A stretch of DNA of 64,000 nt. It comes from a virus. Within the stretch, counting starts at the first letter, position 1; each line of letters begins with the position of its first letter. The stretch spans positions 1,364 to 65,363 of IMG/VR virus record IMGVR_UViG_3300045988_055134; one strand, 5' to 3'. Below are positions 58,431 to 64,000 of the stretch, one piece after another. The position numbers and the translations under genes were made by a program. The notes below the pieces were generated by a model. The model did no database searches. It worked only from the letters and a program-made list of their open reading frames with translations, and had not been told where the DNA came from.

Positions 58431-60659
58431 GTGTTTCTATTGCTACAAGTAAAGAAAAGAAATGGTATCCTTGTACCATTTGATAAGCAAAGAATTGTAA
58501 ACGCTATCAACAAGGCTTTTATCGAGGTTGATGGCATTCTGTATGAAGAAGATACGGCGAAAGATATTGCCGATGAAATTAAATATAGCGTAAAGACTGC
58601 GGATGATATTATCTCAGTTGAAGAAATTCAAGATATGATTGAGAATTTCTTAATGCGCTCTGAAAGAAAAGATGTTGCCAAGGCTTATATCAGATATAGA
58701 TATAAGAGAGAAATGGTGCGCTCTAGTAATGATGACTTTATTCAAGCGTTCTCTGAAAAAGTTAGCGGCTCTTCTATTGAACGACAAAACGCTAATGTTG
58801 ATGAGCTATCGTTTGGAGGTCGTGTTGGCGCAAGTTCAGACCTTTAGATGAAGAAATATGCGCTTGATTATTGCGTATCTGATATGGCTCGCAATAATCA
58901 CCGCAATAATGAAATTTATATCCATGATTTATCCGCTTATGCAGTTGGTATGCACAACTGTCTATCTATTCCTTTTGATCACTTGCTTGCCGATGGGTTT
59001 AACACTAGACAAACTGATGTAAGACCCGCAGGTTCAGTGAATACTGCATTTCAGTTGGTAGCAGTGATTTTCCAACTTGAATCTCTCCAGCAGTTTGGTG
59101 GCGTAAGTGCAACACACCTCGACTGGACGATGGTTCCTTATGTAAGAAAAAGTTTTAGAAAGTACTATATTGAAGGCTTAAAATATATTGAGAATATCTC
59201 CGATAAAGAGCTTTTTGACCATATTCCAGATAATGCTGGAATTGAAGATGATGAATATATGATTTATGATAAAGCATATCAATATGCTCTTGATATGACT
59301 ATTAAAGAAGTACATCAAGCTGTAGAAGGTATGTATCATAATCTTAATACTCTTCAGTCTCGCTCTGGTAATCAACTACCATTCACATCTATTAACTATG
59401 GTACTTGCACTTTGCCCGAAGGTAGAATGGTAATTAAAGCATTACTTGATGTCTCTATTGAGGGACTTGGTAAACTGCATAAAACTTCTATCTTCCCATG
59501 CGGTATCTTCCAATGTATGAAGGGCGTCAATCAAAAGCCAGATGATCCGAACTATGATTTGTTTAGACTGGCTCTAAGATCCACTGCAACTAGACTCTAT
59601 CCTAACTATGCTAACGTTGATTGGTCTGGCAATGCAGGATATGACCCGAATGATCCCAAGACCTATTTTAGCACGATGGGTTGCCGCACCGCGAATGGTT
59701 GGGACGTCAATGGCATGGGTCAAACAAAAGATGGTAGAGGTAATATCTGCCCTGTAACCATCATCATGCCTACTCTTGCTATGGAAGCAAAAGAAGCAGC
59801 AGATGCCGCATATCCTGACGCAAACGCCATTGATTGTTTTATGTCTCTACTTGACCAGAAAATTCATGAAGCTAAGGATATGCTGCTAGAACGATTTGAT
59901 TATATTTGCTCTCAGCCTGCTGAATCCGCGAAGTTCATGTATGAAAATGGCGTAATGGCTGGCTATGATGGCAAGACAACCCGTAGTGCATTAAAGCATG
60001 GTACTCTTGCTGTTGGTCAATTAGGCCTTGCAGAAACGCTACAAATTCTTATTGGTCAGGATCATACTACTTCGCAGGGTATGGAACTAGCTAAGAAGAT
60101 TGAGCAGCTCTTCCAAGATAGATGTGCAGCTTTCAAACAACAGTATCAGTTAAACTTTGGCGTTTATTATACACCTGCGGAGAACCTCTGTTACACTGCT
60201 ATGACGAAGTTTAAGGACAAGTATGGAGAAATTCCAAACGTAAGTGATAGAGATTATTTCACTAACTCTATTCATGTTCCGGTATGGAAGAAGATGTCAC
60301 CTTTTAAGAAGATTGATATTGAAAGCCAGCTGACCGGTTATTCTTCTGCTGGCTGCATTACTTACGTTGAACTTGATAGTGGCGTTAAGAATAACATTGA
60401 CGCTCTGGAAACTTTGGTACTTTATGCTATGGAACATGATATTCCGTATTTCGCAATTAACGTTCCTAACGACACTTGTCTTGAGTGTGGTTACATGGAC
60501 GAATTTAATGATCACTGCCCAGTTTGCGGAAGTCACCATATTCAACAGCTTCGACGTGTTACAGGCTATCTAACCGGTAATTATACAACTGCCTTTAATG
60601 CAGGTAAAGTTGCCGAAGCCAATGATAGAGTAAAACATTCAGGTCGATTGGAGGAATAA
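58431..60659 (+). CDS. nrdD: anaerobic ribonucleoside-triphosphate reductase with N-terminal ATP-cone; in-frame TAG at 58845 at the cone/catalytic junction
   Basis: ATP-cone VKKRNGILVPFD; glycyl-radical RVTGYL; C-terminal CxxC..CPVC. Confidence 0.8.
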
Positions 60660-60662
60660 CTC

Positions 60663-61157
60663 ATGCAGTACGCAGGAATTATTTATGATGACTTTTCAGC
60701 CGCGCCAGGCGTGTGCCTATCTTTCTTTGTCCAAGGTTGTCCTTTCCGTTGTGAAGGATGTCACAATCCAGAAACATGGGATTTTAGTGGAGGTAGAGAG
60801 TTCACTCAAGGAACTCTCGACTCCATTATTAAAGGACTGCGCGCTAATGGTGTGCATAGAAATCTTTGTATTATGGGCGGAGAACCTCTTTGTCCAGAGA
60901 ACTCTTTCCTTACTAGGTTGGTCGTAACAACAGTAAAGAAGGAATTACCGGATACTAAGATCTATATTTGGACAGGTAATACCTATGAAAATCTCGCAAT
61001 CTTCTCAGACTTAAATATGCGAGAAATCTTTAATAACGCGGATTTCTTGATTGATGGCCCCTATATTCAAGCTGAACGCGATTTAACTCTACCTATGCGC
61101 GGCAGCCGCAATCAACGTATTATTGATTTGCACGAGGTATGCCATGAAGAAGCGTGA
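60663..61157 (+). CDS. nrdG: anaerobic RNR activating protein (radical SAM)
   Basis: CPFRCEGCHN. Confidence 0.8.
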   Translation: MQYAGIIYDDFSAAPGVCLSFFVQGCPFRCEGCHNPETWDFSGGREFTQGTLDSIIKGLRANGVHRNLCIMGGEPLCPENSFLTRLVVTTVKKELPDTKIYIWTGNTYENLAIFSDLNMREIFNNADFLIDGPYIQAERDLTLPMRGSRNQRIIDLHEVCHEEA

Positions 61158-61182
61158 GTAGATCAAAAGAGAAGTTACCTTA

Positions 61183-61779
61183 ATGAATGATAAGATTTAG
61201 GCTGGAGTAGAATCCAGCCTAAATCAAATTGTTCAGCAGGTTATTACGTATAGTAATAAACCGGAACAATCAAAAACTTTATTAGATAAAACGCAACAGT
61301 TGTTCTATGACTCCCTTACTCAAACTTATAGCACGACTTCGGGTGATTTAAAACGGATTTATTCTAGAACAAAGGATTTTGAAGTCAAGGATATTTTATC
61401 TTTAACATATAATAAAGATAATAAAACCTTGAATGAAAGAATTGCAGAACACTGGAATAAAGCATCAGAGTATTCTAATAAAACAGCGATGCAAGCATAT
61501 TTAATTGATAAATATGATAGACTACTAAGAAACGAAACACAGATTGTTAAAAATGCCGTTATGTTTAATAAAGTAGGTACACTTAGTCAACTTGCTATTG
61601 TTGAAAATAGCGGCGGAGATTGTGATGGTGGTTGCGCTGAATATGCAGGTGAGTGGCCAGTAGATGAGGTAATCCTCCCTCCGTATCATCCTAATTGTTG
61701 TTGCCAAGTGTACTATGATGATACAGATAACGAGGATGACATAGAAGATTTGGAGCTAGAAAATGAAGATATTGTCTAA
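61183..61779 (+). CDS. hypothetical protein with in-frame TAG at codon 6; Cys cluster and acidic tail
   Basis: ATG 61183 is in frame with ORF 61300-61779. Confidence 0.45.
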
Positions 61780-62317
61780 CTCAATTCTTGGAGGAGTAAT
61801 GATAGCAATAGCAAGCTATATTTACCTACAAATAGGTGGTATCGCTGGCGCTTTCTTATTCTCCATTGGATTATTAAGTATATTAAATATGGATTTTAAG
61901 TTATACACTGGCGCGATAGGATTTTATCACTCTTCATTACAAGACATGAAGATGCTAACGACCATACTTATCGGCAACTGCATAGGCACATCTTTGCTTT
62001 TGATGTTTCCTAACGCGGAAGCCCAGGTTTTAGTTGCCACCAAACTAGCTTTATTACCGGGCATAGTGTTTATTAAAGCAGTGGTTTGCGGGATGTTTAT
62101 GTATATAGCAGTAGCCTGTTTCCGCAATTCGGCTTACTATATGGTTCCAGTATGTGTAGCAGGATTTATCCTATTTGGTGGAGAACACTGTATCGCTGAT
62201 CTATGTTACTTTATAGCATCTAATTCATTTGATTATAGGATGTTTCCTTTCTTTATTACCACTCTCATAGGCAACTCTACGGGAGCAATTTTAATTGACA
62301 AAATTAAAGTTTTATGA
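61763..62317 (+). CDS. polytopic membrane protein (about 6 TM), transporter-like
   Basis: Hydrophobicity pattern. Confidence 0.55.
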   Translation: MKILSNSILGGVMIAIASYIYLQIGGIAGAFLFSIGLLSILNMDFKLYTGAIGFYHSSLQDMKMLTTILIGNCIGTSLLLMFPNAEAQVLVATKLALLPGIVFIKAVVCGMFMYIAVACFRNSAYYMVPVCVAGFILFGGEHCIADLCYFIASNSFDYRMFPFFITTLIGNSTGAILIDKIKVL

Positions 62318-62347
62318 TATTATAATAATAGAAAAGGAGATTTGTAT

Positions 62348-62692
62348 ATGACTTTATATGAAATCAACTAGGCTGCTTATAGCAACCTTTCTAAGATGAC
62401 TAAGGCCGACGTGCAGAAGGCAGCTGAGAAGCTAGAAGAGTTTCTTACAAAGCACGACGCAAAATATTATCTCATGCTTAATGTAGAAGGTAGATATTAT
62501 ACTATGTACACCTATAATCAAGAGCATGATGTTAAAAAGATGGCTTACGAGATGATTGATGTAGCAAAGACTCTCGGCGTCCTCAAAGGCATTCAGATCG
62601 AAAAGGATATGGTAGAGTTCTGGATTCAAAATGGCAAGACCTGTGAAATGTATGCTATGTTCGACTATACAAAAGGAGTGATTGAAGTATGA
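62348..62692 (+). CDS. hypothetical protein with in-frame TAG at codon 8
   Basis: Strong AAAGGAG RBS before ATG 62348; in frame with ORF 62396. Confidence 0.5.
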
Positions 62693-62949
62693 ATCAGACA
62701 ATGGTAATTCTATATGATCCATTTGCCGTAGACTCTACAATTTATGTATTTCAAGATGGACATATTATCAATCAAGCGTCTATCCCATCTGATGCTTCAA
62801 CGCTCGCTGCTAATATCGCGGCGTATGCAGATGCAACTAATATTTTTTCTGTAAAGATTGAGGCTTCACCTTCTTTAGTAGAAGAAATTAAACAACAGCT
62901 AAATACAACTAATTATACAAAGCAAAAAATTGAAGTGGAAGGTATTTAA
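62689..62949 (+). CDS. hypothetical protein
   Basis: ATGA coupling. Confidence 0.45.
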   Translation: MNQTMVILYDPFAVDSTIYVFQDGHIINQASIPSDASTLAANIAAYADATNIFSVKIEASPSLVEEIKQQLNTTNYTKQKIEVEGI

Positions 62950-63200
62950 TGATGTATACTTTGAAAACAACTACTGTATATCGCGTGCCCACGGTTGAAG
63001 ATGCTCTTCGTCTGCGGGAATGGCTTGATAAGAATTGCACTGGCGAGCTAACCGGCTTTAAGTATACCACCAAGTATATCAAGGCTAAGGGTGAAATTAT
63101 TGAAGAATATCAGCTCGTTACTGCTACTATTACTATCGACAATGAGAAAGAACCAGAAGGCATTATGCCGATTATGATGGAGGATGTAAATAATGGTTAA
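62949..63200 (+). CDS. hypothetical protein
   Basis: TAATG coupling. Confidence 0.45.
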   Translation: MMYTLKTTTVYRVPTVEDALRLREWLDKNCTGELTGFKYTTKYIKAKGEIIEEYQLVTATITIDNEKEPEGIMPIMMEDVNNG

Positions 63201-63756
63201 GTTTCAGAAGGTATCTCGTTTTGCTGACATTGATCTCCCTCTGCCGACTCGAGCAACCGCAGATTCCGCAGGTTATGATTTTGTAGTCGCAGAGGATATT
63301 GTAATTCCTCCATATGACTTCCTGAGAACTAAGATTCAGGACGACTTGTTCGAGAAGGAACGTCACGAAGACTTCTATGGTTTTATCGACCCTCTTACTC
63401 TTGATGATATGGCAAGTATTACTAAGGCCCTCAAGGCAAAGATCCCGCTTGTATCTACTGGTATGAAATGTCATCTGGAGCCAGGTCAGTATCTTGAACT
63501 AAGTGTCCGCAGTTCTACTCCCCTTAAACACTGGTTGATTATGGGTAATAGCGTTGGTATTATTGATGCTGATTATTGTGATAATCCGGATAATGAGGGC
63601 GAGATTTTCTTCCAGCTTATCAACCTTTCTCCTTTTGCTATTCAGCTTAAGCGCGGTGATAAGATTGGACAGGGTATTATTAAGACTTACGGTGTAACCG
63701 ATGATGACTCTGCGACTGGCGAGCGTTTGGGTGGTTTCGGTTCTACAAGCAAGTAA
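63193..63756 (+). CDS. dut: dUTP pyrophosphatase
   Basis: AGYDF, IIDADY, GERLGGFGSTS motifs. Confidence 0.75.
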   Translation: MVKFQKVSRFADIDLPLPTRATADSAGYDFVVAEDIVIPPYDFLRTKIQDDLFEKERHEDFYGFIDPLTLDDMASITKALKAKIPLVSTGMKCHLEPGQYLELSVRSSTPLKHWLIMGNSVGIIDADYCDNPDNEGEIFFQLINLSPFAIQLKRGDKIGQGIIKTYGVTDDDSATGERLGGFGSTSK

Positions 63757-64000
63757 TGAGTCGCCTTTTAGCTTTAGATTAGGCTTCGAAGGTTACTGGT
63801 TGGGCAATCTTTGAAGATGGTAAGTTAGAAAAGTATGGTAAGATTTCCTTAGACGATCCTAATATCGACACTAGACTAGTTTAGTTACGATAGAATATCT
63901 GGGCTTTAATTGAAAGCGAAAATATCAACGAAGTAGTATTTGAAGATATTCAACAATAGAATAATGTCGCTAATAACGTCTAGACCTTTAAGATTTTAGC
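63757..64000 (+). CDS. RuvC-like Holliday-junction resolvase, 5' partial, with at least 5 in-frame TAG codons in 80 codons
   Basis: LLALD-TAG-ASKVTGWAIFEDGKL resembles the RuvC N-terminus. Confidence 0.5.

Noticed and set aside
1-64000. CRISPR arrays, IS elements, integrase or attachment sites
   Set aside because: No spaced direct repeats, no transposase or integrase motifs, and no tRNA-adjacent integrase were seen. The region looks like a lytic phage core.

Overview
This window reads as a 64-kb stretch of a large, tRNA-rich, virulent-type double-stranded DNA phage genome. Nearly all genes are on the + strand. They fall into modules, each headed by an AT-rich extended -10 (TGnTATAAT-like) promoter and closed by a rho-independent terminator.

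The main content, in order:
- Ten canonical tRNAs: Thr-UGU, Arg-ACG, His-GUG, Arg-UCU, Pro-UGG, Gln-UUG, Gln-CUG, Leu-UAA, Met-CAU and Leu-CAA; three further probable tRNAs with atypical features (Ser-UGA with C33, an 8-nt-loop tRNA, a class II tRNA with apparent GCA anticodon); and five degenerate or anomalous tRNA-like loci.
- A replication block: DnaE-like polymerase, DnaB-like helicase, DnaG-like primase, Dda/RecD-like helicase, RecJ-like DHH nuclease, Sak4-like ATPase, putative SSB, type II topoisomerase A and B subunits, ATP-dependent DNA ligase, RNase H, DEDDh exonuclease, DenV-like glycosylase and a RuvC-like resolvase.
- Nucleotide metabolism: anaerobic RNR NrdD/NrdG, dUTPase and a guanylate-kinase-like NMP kinase.
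- An NAD+ salvage and reconstitution cluster: nicotinamidase, Prs-like enzyme, NAMPT-like enzyme, HAD phosphatase and NadE.
- An RNA/tRNA repair set: polynucleotide kinase, two metallophosphoesterases, an Rnl2-like RNA ligase, a Thg1-like protein and a Pol-beta nucleotidyltransferase.
- Other genes of note: a MoxR-like AAA ATPase with a vWA protein, an SPFH/flotillin protein, a PIN-PhoH protein, a Panacea-domain protein, a lipoprotein, fibre-like structural genes, and a lysis pair (amidase_2 endolysin and a 2-TM holin-like protein).

The key observation is that TAG is not used as a stop codon here. Every ORF in the provided track that ends at TAG continues in frame into homologous coding sequence. 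Eighteen of the genes called in this window end with TAA or TGA. TAG sits at the conserved glutamine of a SPOR motif. This is consistent with TAG being read as Gln (genetic code 15). TAG codons are concentrated in the lysis genes, the homing-endonuclease and resolvase genes, and near many N-termini. No CUA-anticodon suppressor tRNA was identified in the window.
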